NCBI GenBank assembly: GCA_047967505.1
Contig: CM106538.1
Reading direction: 5' to 3' (one strand)
Source: Dipteris shenzhenensis
Taxonomy: Eukaryota
DNA length: 64,000 bases
Shown piece by piece: positions 49,018-60,507 of the stretch (position 1 is the stretch's first letter; each line of letters starts with the position of its first letter). Under the pieces are notes generated by a model. It saw only the letters and a program-made list of their open reading frames with translations, did no database searches and was not told the origin of the DNA. Position numbers and translations under genes: made by a program.

Positions 49018-52000
49018 CATTGGCGATCACGATGCGCATTCTTACCATCATGCAAGGAATTTGTGATCTAGCAAGTGATTCCATTTTAGCAAAGTCTTTT
49101 GGGGCACGCTCATGTCATCTACTCCTTGCCGTCATTGCGGAGGCACTTCAAATGGAGGTTTGCACATAGTTGCACACACTCCAGAGGAGATTCGGGAAGA
49201 GATTGCTGTGGTAAGGAGGCACATATGTGGATTTCAAGATGAACTCCGTCGAATGCGATCTGACCCCTAGCACCCTGCTTATGGTCGAGCGAGTGCGGAA
49301 ATTCCAGTGAAGAACCTCATATGGTGGTTGTGGCAGTGAATTTTGCACTTGTTATCTTCCCAATAGGCATGCATGCACACACACTCGCAAGGACCTCCTA
49401 ATCCATTGACACCGATGACACGACTACAACGGCATAATAGCGATCCAGAGCATGGAGACGTCAGTCTGCAAGAAAGGAGGGGTCGATTGGCATCAGACTC
49501 CACCTGCTTAGTCAGTTTCACCGCCAAGGCTACGGATACGGGTCTCGCTAGATGCATGCCACATGCTGAGTGCATCTTCATCTCCAACTGTGGTTTCGAT
49601 AGCTTCTCACAATCTCTTTGGTCAAGCAAGGCCGTCTGGAGGAGCACCAAACATTGGAGGCATTGTGGTGGCTACGACAGGTCACATCAAGTATGCCAAG
49701 TTTTCGGGGTGAAAGTCGGACGACCCCGATGCGCATGTCTGACAGTTTGAGAAGATGTATGAAATCAACAATTTAGGAGCTATGGTACTACTCCAATAGG
49801 AGGCGATTTTTGAGTCAACTTTATCGGGCAAGGTGGCACGCTAGTTGGCAGAGTATGCAGTGAACCATTTTGCCACATATGATGCAGCTTGCGATGCATT
49901 CTTGAGACGGTTTCGTCGAAAAAAAATGATTCCACAAACTGTGGATAGATTGCACCGCTTGGAGCAAGGATATCAAGATGTGGAAGGTTATGCGTCCAAA
50001 TTCAACTTACTCTTGCAACGTGTGCCTGCAACTCAATGGCCTGCTCAGGAGATACTCAATGACTACTTCATTGGCCATAGTCGATCGGACACATACAATG
50101 CTCATGGCACAAGCAGTGCGAGCGGGGGAGTCACTACATGGGAGGACATCCAAGAACTGCAAATTTGCAAAGAGTAAAACCAAGAAGAAAATGCCAAAAT
50201 CTAAGAGGTCGGATGACAGTGATGAAGATTCAGATGTGACCAGTTTGGATGGAAGCTTTGAAGGTACCAGCTCGGAGGAATCTGACTCGAAAGCAGAGAC
50301 GAAGACCCAGAGAGCCTCTAAAGGAGGTAAGGGCATGCCAGTGGCTTTCGGAGAAGGATCCGTACCTAAAGTCTTGAAGGGTATATAGTGCACTCACTAC
50401 TGCAATCCTAGTCACTCCGCAATCTAGTGTGCTCTTAACATGAATTGGTGTGCAATTTGCTTGACTAATACACACAACATGGTGGGATGCCACTACAATG
50501 GGTACGGCCAGAGAGCGATTGGTTAGTAGCAAGATGCGGCTGTGTCTTTTGTGCAAGAAGAGCCACAGCAACAAGCATTTCAGTCTCAGCAACAGATGTT
50601 CCAACGAGGTAGAGGCAACGGTGGCCGCGGACGCGAATAGGTAGGCGGGGGTCATGGTCAAAATTGATCGAAAACCTATATGTTTTTCTTGGGCAAAGGC
50701 CTTTGGTGGAACGAATGCTTGGAGGATTAGGAATGGGATTGGCAACATGCGGAGCATGCAGCTAGCACAGTTCCAAAGGAGATGACTGAGTCCCAACAAG
50801 TAGCAGCGGATTTGGATATATGGGATCTCCTATAACAGGAGAGAGAATTTGAAGAACAGATGAGTTGAGTCATCCGAGTTCAGGAAGATGCTCTGGATAT
50901 GGTTTTTCTAGGAGAGGATGGAGCATCTAAACTAGTCAAAGTTACCATGTTGTTGACGGCTGAATTCTGTAGTGAGTTGATTACCCTCTTGCGAGAATTT
51001 TTCGATGTGTTTGCCTGGGATTATGCGGATATGAAGGGTCTAGATCTGAAATTTTACAAGCATAGGGTCAACCTCAAGCCAGATGTGACATCGACAAAGA
51101 TACAGAGTTATTGTATGAATCTGCACGTGGCCAAGCAAGTGCATGAAGAATTGTTTCGTCTGCTATAGGTGGGATTCATCGCACTGATCGAGAATCCAGA
51201 CTGGATTTCCCCGATTGTCATTGTGCCAAAGAAAATTAAGAAATCGTGGATTTGTGTCGACTACCACAAGTTAAATGCGGCCACTGTACCTGATCCATTT
51301 CCCTTACCATACATGGATTCTATGTTGGACAAAGTGGTGGGGCATGAGGAGTACTCCTTCTTGGATGGATATAGTGGGTACAACCAAATACGAATGGCTC
51401 CGGAGGACCAACCCAAAATAGCATTCATCACATCATGGGGGGTTTATGTCTGCACAATCATGTGGTTTGGATTGTGGAATGCTCCCTTGACTTTTCAGTG
51501 GGTAATGCAGAAGATATTCGCTTTCTATTTGACAAATTTCATGCGGATTTTCCTAGATGACCTTATTGTGTTCGGCACATTCAATGAGCACCTGGAGCAT
51601 TTGCGGAAGTGTTTCCAATGATGCAAGGAAGTCTCCTTCAGTCTGAATCCTATGAAATGTGCGTTCGCAGTCTGTAGCGGCCAACTCCTAGGGCATGTGA
51701 CCTTGACGGAACGAATTGTGGTGGATTTGGACAAAGTGGCAATAATTATGCAAGCCCTGGCCCCAACACCACCTAAGGAGTGCTTGTGATTCTTGGTCCA
51801 AATTCGATGGCATGGCAGACATCTATGGTTCCTAGCTCACATGGCGATTCCCTTAAATGTAGTGGCACATGTGGAACCGAAGGCATTTGTGTGGACTGCC
51901 GAGTGCAACCAAGTGTACCGGCAACTAAAGATTCAGCTTTCCAGAGCACCGGTGCTGTTGTCTCTAGATTGGGAGAAAAATTTTCATGTGTTCATGGATG

Positions 52001-55000
52001 CCTCAGATCCAGCTATTGGGAGTGTCTTAATGCAAGAAGATGCAAATAAATGGTATTGCCCAGTCTACTATGCAAGCTGACGGCTCTTAATTATTATGTC
52101 ACGGAGCGAGAAGGACTAGGCATGATCTATTCCATCAAAAAATTCCACCATTATTTGTTGGGCCGACCTTTTCTATTCCATGTTGATCATTTCACATTAT
52201 TGTATTTGGTAAAACAGCAAAGTCTTATGGGCCAATTAGTATGATGGGTGTTGCTCTTGCAGGAATATGATTTTAATGTGATTCATCGCCCAAGCTTGCA
52301 ACATGCGGTTGCAGATTACCTTTCTCGTATGGAGATTACCTTTCTCGATTGGAGAGCTACCAATGGGAGTAGAGGATGAGTTTCTTGATGTGGAGCTAAC
52401 GGCGATTTTTGGGGCAGATCTGATCACGGCAGAGGCCGAAGTCATTCCAGAAGAATCTTGGTCATGGTATGATGAGATGCTCTTGTTCCTATCTACCGAC
52501 ATCATGCCCAAGTACATGAATCGAGACCAGAGGAAATGCTTGGCATTGCAGAGCTGATCCTTTGAAGTCTGGGATAGTTGTACCGGTGACACCTGATAGA
52601 GGCACTGATGTGGTGTGTTCCACCTCAAGAGTAGGAGCCAACCATGCAGAAGGATGCCCGATGGTTTGCAAAAAGTTGCGAACTTTGCCAACAGTTGGGC
52701 CAGCCCACTGATCAAGATCGCATGCCACTTAACCCCATATTGCCTCTAGAGGCATTTCAAAAATGGGGCCTGGATTTCATGGCTCCATTCAAGCCTACAG
52801 CTGCCCACACAAGGAATTGCTATACTCTAGTAGCCACGGATTATTGTACCAAATGGGTGGAAGCTTGGGCTTTGTGGGACAATATCGCAAAGTGAGTCAC
52901 AAAGTGCCTATACCGTGGTGTTCACTCGGTTCGAGTGCCCAATTGAGATTGTCAGCGACAGGGGGACTCACTTTGTCAATAAGGTCATTAAGTAGATGAA
53001 CTCTTTTTATATGGTGATTCACAAGAAGTCTTCCCCCTATTATCCATAGGCAAATGGATTGGCAGAGTCTACAAATCATACTTTCAAGCAGATTACGTCA
53101 CTATTGGTGAATGAGCACCACACGAATTGGGAGAAGTTACTGGTAGTATTATGGGCTTACCACACCTCATTCAAGGTGGCCATGTGGTTGACTCCTTTTA
53201 AATTGGCATTTGGGCTGGAAGCAATCATGCTGATCGAGCATATTGTTTCGAGTTTGAGGATTGTGATGGAGGATAGGTTTCTTCCACAGGACTCTATGGT
53301 ATTCTGGTTGGATGTTCTAGATCAATTGGATGATCTGTGGTTGGAAAGCTATTATCTCACCTTGGAGGTTCAAGCACGGTGCAAGTAGAGGGTGGATTTA
53401 GCTTTGAAGAATAAATTTCTTGAGTGTGGGCAATTGGTTCTTCTATTCAACACTCACCTTGGAAGGATGCCGGGGAAGTTGAAATTGCGATGGTCGGGTC
53501 CATTGTGGGTTTTTCATGATTGCGATCGTTTTATCTTGTGGATTTGCAAGGGCACGTACTTCCACATCCAGTTAATGGTTTTTGGCTTCATCCATACCAT
53601 CATGACAGCAGTCTTTAGTGCCCATTCCCCATCACTAATGAGGCACAGATTTCTTGGGTTGAGGTGGAGGCGGCAGAGCTATCGCATGAGGACATGTGGC
53701 ATAAGAGTTTGTGGCATGATAACAGGAGTCCCTAGCTTACCGCTATGCAACTACCTATCGTAAAGGTGGGGTATTGGCAATCTGGATTGTAGCTCTTGAG
53801 CATTTGTTTGCATGTACCAGTTGCTTGCTGTTTTCTCTTCATCGCACTTGCAGTTCTCTTGAGTTCATTCGCCTTCTAGCTCTCATCTGTGTTCAACGTT
53901 ATCTCTTTTCTTCTCCTTCGCATTGCCATGGGAATGGCTCATGCATAGTTTCTTCCTCTTCTCCCATTGGTATATATTGATTCCCACTCGATTGATGCTC
54001 ACCTTCAGCTATTATGGATTCGAAGTTTTAGCAGCATTGATTGGCAGAGGGTGCTTGTTCATCCATCAGCGTCGGCGCTTTGTCAGCAGTTGGCGGAAAG
54101 ATCTGTTGTGGAGTTTTTGGATGAGCATCAGGAGCTGACGGTGCAATTGATTTATCAACGTCTCTTTTTGCCTATGGATGGAGGTTGGTCGTGCAACCAA
54201 TGTGTACAGTGGCAGCGATGGAGGCGAAGTTTGGAGTTCATTCTAGGGGCAAGTACAAGCTAAGTGGGTGTCAAGATGCTCATATGAGGGATCTGTATCA
54301 CTGGATACTCGAGTCAGTGTTCTTGCAGGCCAAAAATTACTGCATCACTCCTCAGACTCAAGGGATGATCACGGTTGCTAAGGAGCGGGTGGTGCCATGG
54401 TCTTGAATCCTGAAGGAGCAGATTCATGTAGAGGCTTAACGAGTGGTGACATCAGTAGACAAGAAGTAGGAAGAAAATTCAAAGATTAGGCAAGTCCTGT
54501 AGATACTGTTCCCCCTACATCTAGAGTCTACGATGCCTCGACGGTCGACTACCTTGGTACTCACTCTTGCGCCTAAGGGGCCTGCACAGGATGAAGTTGA
54601 GGGATTTGCTGGAGGGGTGGCTATGAAGCAACAGAGGAAAAAACCTCATCTTAGTCAGGGGGTGGTCTATACCCTTGCCCCCTTGACTCCTTCCCATGTA
54701 GGTGGCATGGTAGGTGTCTTCACCAGTGGGGAGGTGTCCATGCAGCTTTCAGTGTTTACACCACTGGCATTACTGATCATGGCAAAATGGGTGACGGTGA
54801 CTCTAGCGACCATTGCAGTGGTACTCCACTGGTGGGCGGCTCCCTTATTGAACAGTGGATGGAGCAGCTTCAGCAGCATTCAGCAATGATGATTGCGGTG
54901 TCCCCTACAACAGTAGTGGCGGTATCTGAGGTGGTGTGGGTGTCGGCACCAGAGGTGTCCATAGTGATCTCTGAGTTTGCGGGTGTTTCTCTGGTGTCAT

Positions 55001-56624
55001 CGATTGAGTTTTCTTTTTGAGCGTAGCCTCTAAATGTTCAGCTACAATTTTGCTCACAGTTGCTCGCTCGGTTGACCTCACAGTATGGTGCGGGTGGTGA
55101 TTCTGTGAGAGTGACCAGCTTAGAGGCAAAAGTCATGTAGCTACGGTTGGAAAATGAGACTATGTGGAGTCAATAGGAGTGGGTGTGGCAATTGAAGCAT
55201 AGGGTGGCGGTTCTTGAAGCCAGGGTTCAAGTGATGGAAGTGCATTTGGAGGCCACTCAGCAGCTAAATTCGGAGTATGTGTCGAGCATTGAGCATGAGT
55301 TGCTATGCCGATGTACTATCGATGCTCTGGTAGAGTACTTAAGGGCATTTTCAGGGAATGTCACTGTTAATATGGAGTAGATAGGATCGCTCTTGGAAGC
55401 TCTTTAGGGGGATGTATGGGCGGAATGGGATAGGCAGGTGGCAAGATGGAGTGTGGCTATTGTTCCACAAACATGTTAGGAGCTGGTTCCGCACGAACGC
55501 CAACCCAGGATGGATGGAGATGCAGGAGCTGGTGCAAGTTCCAGTCCGCAAAAGGGTCCGCAGGTGCCGACTAGTTCTGGACCAAAGGGGTCTAGTACAT
55601 CTTCTGGTGGTGGTGGTGCAGATAAGGGGAAAGGAGTGGTTGCGGAGTTAGTGCAGATTGCAGAGGATTGGCAAGCCAAGTATGAAGAGTTGGTAGCAGG
55701 CATTGTGGAAGCCATTGTTCACAACATCAAAAGAGTGGATGTGTTGAAGTGGCAGAGGCATTCCTATATAGGGTTGGAATTGTGTGCCCATTCCATCAAT
55801 CCGGCACTACCTCCTCGTCCTCCTTGGTGGAAAGAAGCGGAAAAGTTTTTGGAAAAGTTTTATAATAAGCACATGCCTTTTCTTCGATTGTCGGATCCTC
55901 CTGCCTATGAACTGATGGTGATTCAGAGACTAGCGACAACAAAGGAATGATGGTAGCAATAATTACCACCAGGTGCTTGGATAGATGAGGTACTACCCAC
56001 GGAGCAATGGACTAAACAGCAGGTGGTGGCAAGCCGCATCCTTTGTAGTGGCTGATGGATCTGGAGTAGGATCATAAACTGAAAATGTGGTTGTGGAAGA
56101 GGTAGCTAGAGACTACTACGACTGGTTTGAGTGGAGCGACAGTGTAGTTGCAAACAGAGTTACTTGAGAGTAGTGATGCAGGACTGAGCAAGGTGGGTGT
56201 CATTGATGCACATGTTCAGTACATTTCTAGTTCGGATGAAGAGTAGAGCTACAGCGATGGTTGTGGAAGAGCCTCGTAGAATAAAGATAGGAGATGTCCG
56301 AAATGCGGGTTAATTTTGGACAGGAAAAATCAAAGATGTTCGAAATGCGGAGATGCTTTTGGACAGGGAGGAGAAACAACAAAGGACATTCAGATAGGCA
56401 TTTTGACTAATGAGAGTGCATGTTTTTTTGAGTGTTTTCAGAATGAGATGCTTTGTAATCCATGTGTGCTGAGTGAAGGGTGAGAGTTAACTTACCGCAC
56501 CTGGTCCTTTGCTGAGGCTAGGCCTAAAATGATTGTTGTACATACATTATGCACTATGTAGGCATCTGACTTCAGTTTCGGGGATGTGTATGTGTGGTTC
56601 ACATAGTCCACCGTGAGTGCCATG

Positions 56625-56945
56625 TGTTATTGCAAACCATGTGGGTTAACAGCAGTGACCAAGAGGGGTGTGCGAGGGTAGGTTAGCCACAAGGGTTGAT
56701 GGTTCGGATCTCCAAGCGGTTGGGGTCTTCAACGACTGTTTCCCCAACCGTCAAATGGTTCTGTGCGCATGCTATTACTAGCATTCCAATGTCATTCTGT
56801 ACATAGTTGTTATGCGAGCTATTGCTCTATAATATAGTGATCTTCAGTTTTTTGTCTCTCTTGCATATCTGTATTCCATTCTCAGAGATGTTACGGGTAT
56901 TATTTGTCTTTGTTTCTCGTAGCGTATGCATGTATTTATGCTACA
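56625..56945 (+). repeat. 3' LTR
   Basis: Direct repeat of 48695-49017; followed by TSD CTTTT. Confidence 0.9.
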
Positions 56946-57462
56946 CTTTTCAAGCTTGATTAGCCTTTTTGGAATTGCCTCATCAGATATTTGGTCCCTA
57001 ACTACAACTCTCAGGCTTGGGACTATGAATTCCATAGGCATGACTAATTCTACCCCAAACACCAGGCTAAAGGTGTGTAATTGGTAGCTACCTTAAATGC
57101 CATTTGGTATGCCCAAAGCACTACGGTGAGTTTATGTTCCCAGTCATTATGACTAGCTTCTACCATGCATGTCATTGTGTGGCACAAGGTCTTGTTTGAG
57201 CTCTTGGCTTCTTCATTAGCTCAAAGATAGTAAGGTGTGAATTTTTGGTGAACAATGAGGAACTCACTCATTAGAATATGAATTGTGTCGTTAATGAAGT
57301 GTGTTCCTCGATCACTTACAATTTCTAGTGGGAGGCCGAAGTGTGATATTAGGTTCTCATATAGGATCTTAGCAGCTGTCATATATGCATGACTATGAAT
57401 TCTAGAGGCATGACTACTACCCCAAATGCTAGGCTAAAGGTGTGCAATTGGTAGCTGCCTTA

Positions 57463-60400
57463 TGACAAATCGGGGGATCAAGCTCTCCTAGTCACTGAGA
57501 CAACATCCTAATACAACACTAATCTAAGGAGGATGCAACCTAAGTGCAAGCATGATGAAGAGAGTGCTCATGACATGTATCTCAAGTCAATTAGGTTCCA
57601 AGATAGATTAACTTGGACTCATAAAGAGAATCTTGAGATAGTGCAAAGTGCTTGATTGATATTACTTCAAATGAACCTCCCTTTTATAGGTGAGGGTACT
57701 TACATCCATTTGCTTGCTCACATGTGGGATATCTTCTCCATGCCATGTGGCAGCTTTTCCTTTGCTCATACCTTTGCTCTACATGTGCTCATGGCACCAC
57801 AACTCTCAACACCTCCCCTTGGTGCCATGATCCTTTGGCTACTGCAAGGTGGTCAGATGTGAGTTACAAATCCATCACCTCCCCTTAGTGCATGCATGCT
57901 ACTTAAGGTGGTCAAGTGTGGCTTCTACATGTCAATACCTCCCCTGGGTGCTTTCATAGCTACTCTCAGGTGGTGAGGTTTGATTACAAAACATAGGCAA
58001 GGTTGGCAAGGTTTTTGCTTTTCAATACATTCCATTGATGTCACCTTTTGGCTCATGGCTTGATGATGACTCCACGTAGTTGACTTGTTGATTCTTCAAT
58101 CTGCAATCTTCTTCCTTGTGTCCGAGCTTCTTGCAATGGTGACACTTTGGTTTGTTCTTCAATCTGCAGTCACTTTGATAGTGACCCATCCTTCCGCAAT
58201 GGTAGCATTTCACTGATGTTTTACTGAATAGTGCTTGTTCTTCATTATAGCTGTTGTGTGTTGATGTCGATGTTGATGTCGATGCCTTCAACTCTCTTTC
58301 TTTTTCGAGAAGAGAGGATACACATTCTTCAAACTTTGGATCTGGCAAATTCTTCAAAGTGGTTGTCAATGCACTATACTCTGCAGGCATGCTTTTAAGG
58401 AGAATTGCAAGTGCATCTTTCTCTCCTACTTTTGCATTTATGCCCTCTAGTTGAGTCATAATGCTTTTGATTTTGTTGACAAATTGTGCCATGGATTCAT
58501 TGAAGCCCATGTGCATACCATAGAATTCAATCTTAAGATGGATTTCTTGGTTTTTGGCTTTTGCACCAAACACTGTGTTCAACTCATCCCATGCATCCTT
58601 GGCATGATCCTTAGAGTCTATATGATGAATTATGTTTGGACCCAAGTGCAATCCAATGAGTGATAGTGATGCTTCATCTTTTTCCTTCCAAGCATCATTT
58701 TGTGCAGTGGGTATATCTTCTTTTACAATCTTCCAAAGCTTTTGATGCATCAGAAGATATCTCATTTGTGTAGACCATGTGTGAAATCCATCCCCGGTGA
58801 ACTTCTCAACAGTTGGAGTGCGGATTGCCATTGCAAAGGTCTTACCAGTTTGATAATACTTTCAAATCTGGTAGTGTCTAATTGCATATAGAAAATCTGA
58901 GTTGACAAGTGCGTAGAGCTTGAAAAGACGATCACTTTTCCTTTTTGGAGCGTGTGCAAATTCTTCCTGGATTGCAAGTTACGGCTTGTTGAAGCTTTTG
59001 TGAAGAAGAGGGGGCCTTGATGATGTGGCACAGGGATTCACATGTTGAATTCCATACTGTGCTCAGTAGGGGCCTCTGTGCTTAGGTGGCACTTAACTAA
59101 ACCTGAACTTAACCCAAATTGAAAAAACTTGACTAGTGAGTTAACATAACCAGATGTACTCAACCAAGGTTATAGACACTCAACCATGGTTAGTTTCTAT
59201 CTTGCCATGTGTCAATCCAAGGCAACCTTGAAGGAAACCTTTGAAACAAACTCTGCTGCGAGCGATGGCGCGACGTGAAGTAGCTTGGTGACGGCTTAGA
59301 TAGCAAAGGAGAGCTTGGCGATGAGGCACTTTGTTGCAATAGGTGGCTCTGAGTGTTGTTGCATGCTAAGAGCTTGCGTAGATGTCGATGAAGCTTGCTG
59401 CTCATTGGGGAGATGGCTGTTTGAAGAAGGCGTTGTTTGATGGGAGGCTAGAGCCGCCTTTGAAGCCGAGCGTTGGAGCTTGTTGCAGAGTCACGGGTAG
59501 GTAGGCCCTTTGCTAGCACTGCTGGTCGAGCTTTGGAGCTCTGTGGATCTTTCAGGTCTGTAGCTTTCGGATCTGTAGCTAGCCGTAGGTGTCAAGGGAG
59601 CACAAAAGCTATGGCTCTGTAGAGCTACTGGACGACGAGGATGCTGGCGGTTGTTGGATACACAGAAGCATTGCTGGAGCGTCAAGGAAGCATTGGGCTA
59701 AGGCTTTGAGGCACTACAGGCGTAGAAGCTCGGTTGGCTAGTGCGTTGCTTGCTGGCGTTGCTGGAGGAGTCCAACCAAGTCGAGGGAGCTTTGGGCTGT
59801 GCTGCAATAGAGGTTGCTAGGTACCGTAGAGTTGATCTCTCTGGCTTTTTCTTGGTTACAACAGCCTTGAAGAGTTCCTCAGAGAGATGCTCTCCAAACA
59901 CAATTCTCTCAAAGACTAAGACCTATATCTCTCTCAGAAACATATATCCTCTCAAGATACCTAACAAGAAGAGTCTCTCAATGACTGGAAATGCATGACG
60001 GAATTTGTCTAGGTAGAAGAGAACTCTCAATCTAAAAGTAAAGACTAGAGAAGACATGGTCTCCTAAGGCATGTCTACAACTAATCTAGGAATGGAAGCA
60101 ATCCTAGTGAACTACTAATGAGCTAAACTAGGAAAGCTAAACCTATGCTCTAATACCATGACAAATCGGGGGATCAAGCTCTCCTAGTCACTGAGACAAC
60201 ATCCTAATACAACACTAATCTAAGGAGGATGCAACCTAAGTGCAAGCATGATGAAGAGAGTGCTCATGACATGTATCTCAAGTCAATTAGGTTCCAAGAT
60301 AGATTAACTTGGACTCATAAAGAGAATCTTGAGATAGTGCAAAGTGCTTGATTGATATTACTTCAAATGAACCTCCCTTTTATAGGTGAGGGTACTTACA

Positions 60401-60507
60401 TCCATTTGCTTGCTCACATGTGGGATATCTTCTCCATGCCATGTGGCAGCTTTTCCTTTGCTCATACCTTTGCTCTACATGTGCTCATGGCACCACAACT
60501 CTCAACA
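57463..60507 (-). mobile_element. Gag-only non-autonomous Copia-type LTR retrotransposon (TR-GAG-like), 3045 bp, TSD CCTTA
   Basis: 349-bp LTRs 57463-57811 and 60159-60507, identical by eye. CCTTA at 57458-57462 and 60508-60512. PBS tggtattagagc (60147-60158, minus). PPT aaggggagg next to 57811. No pol motifs. Confidence 0.95.
58022..58831 (-). CDS. gag: Copia-type Gag (UBN2-like domain plus two CCHC zinc knuckles), 269 aa
   Basis: Intact ORF: VEKFTGDGFHTWSTQMRYLL...AKDAWDEL...LLKSMPAEY...CYHCGRMGHYQSDC...CHHCKKLGHKEEDC. Confidence 0.92.
   Translation of the reverse strand: MAIRTPTVEKFTGDGFHTWSTQMRYLLMHQKLWKIVKEDIPTAQNDAWKEKDEASLSLIGLHLGPNIIHHIDSKDHAKDAWDELNTVFGAKAKNQEIHLKIEFYGMHMGFNESMAQFVNKIKSIMTQLEGINAKVGEKDALAILLKSMPAEYSALTTTLKNLPDPKFEECVSSLLEKERELKASTSTSTSTHNSYNEEQALFSKTSVKCYHCGRMGHYQSDCRLKNKPKCHHCKKLGHKEEDCRLKNQQVNYVESSSSHEPKGDINGMY

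Larger units (their letters stand above)
48695..56945 (+). mobile_element. full-length degenerate Ty3/Gypsy (non-chromovirus, Tat/Athila-like) LTR retrotransposon, TSD CTTTT
   Basis: LTRs 48695-49017 and 56625-56945 (TG...CA, visibly diverged). CTTTT at 48690-48694 and 56946-56950. PBS tggcgatcacg at 49021. gag 49700-50500, RT (FAWDYADMKGLD, FLDGYSGYNQI, FLDD), RH (VFMDAS), INT ([23 protein letters not shown]). Confidence 0.93.
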
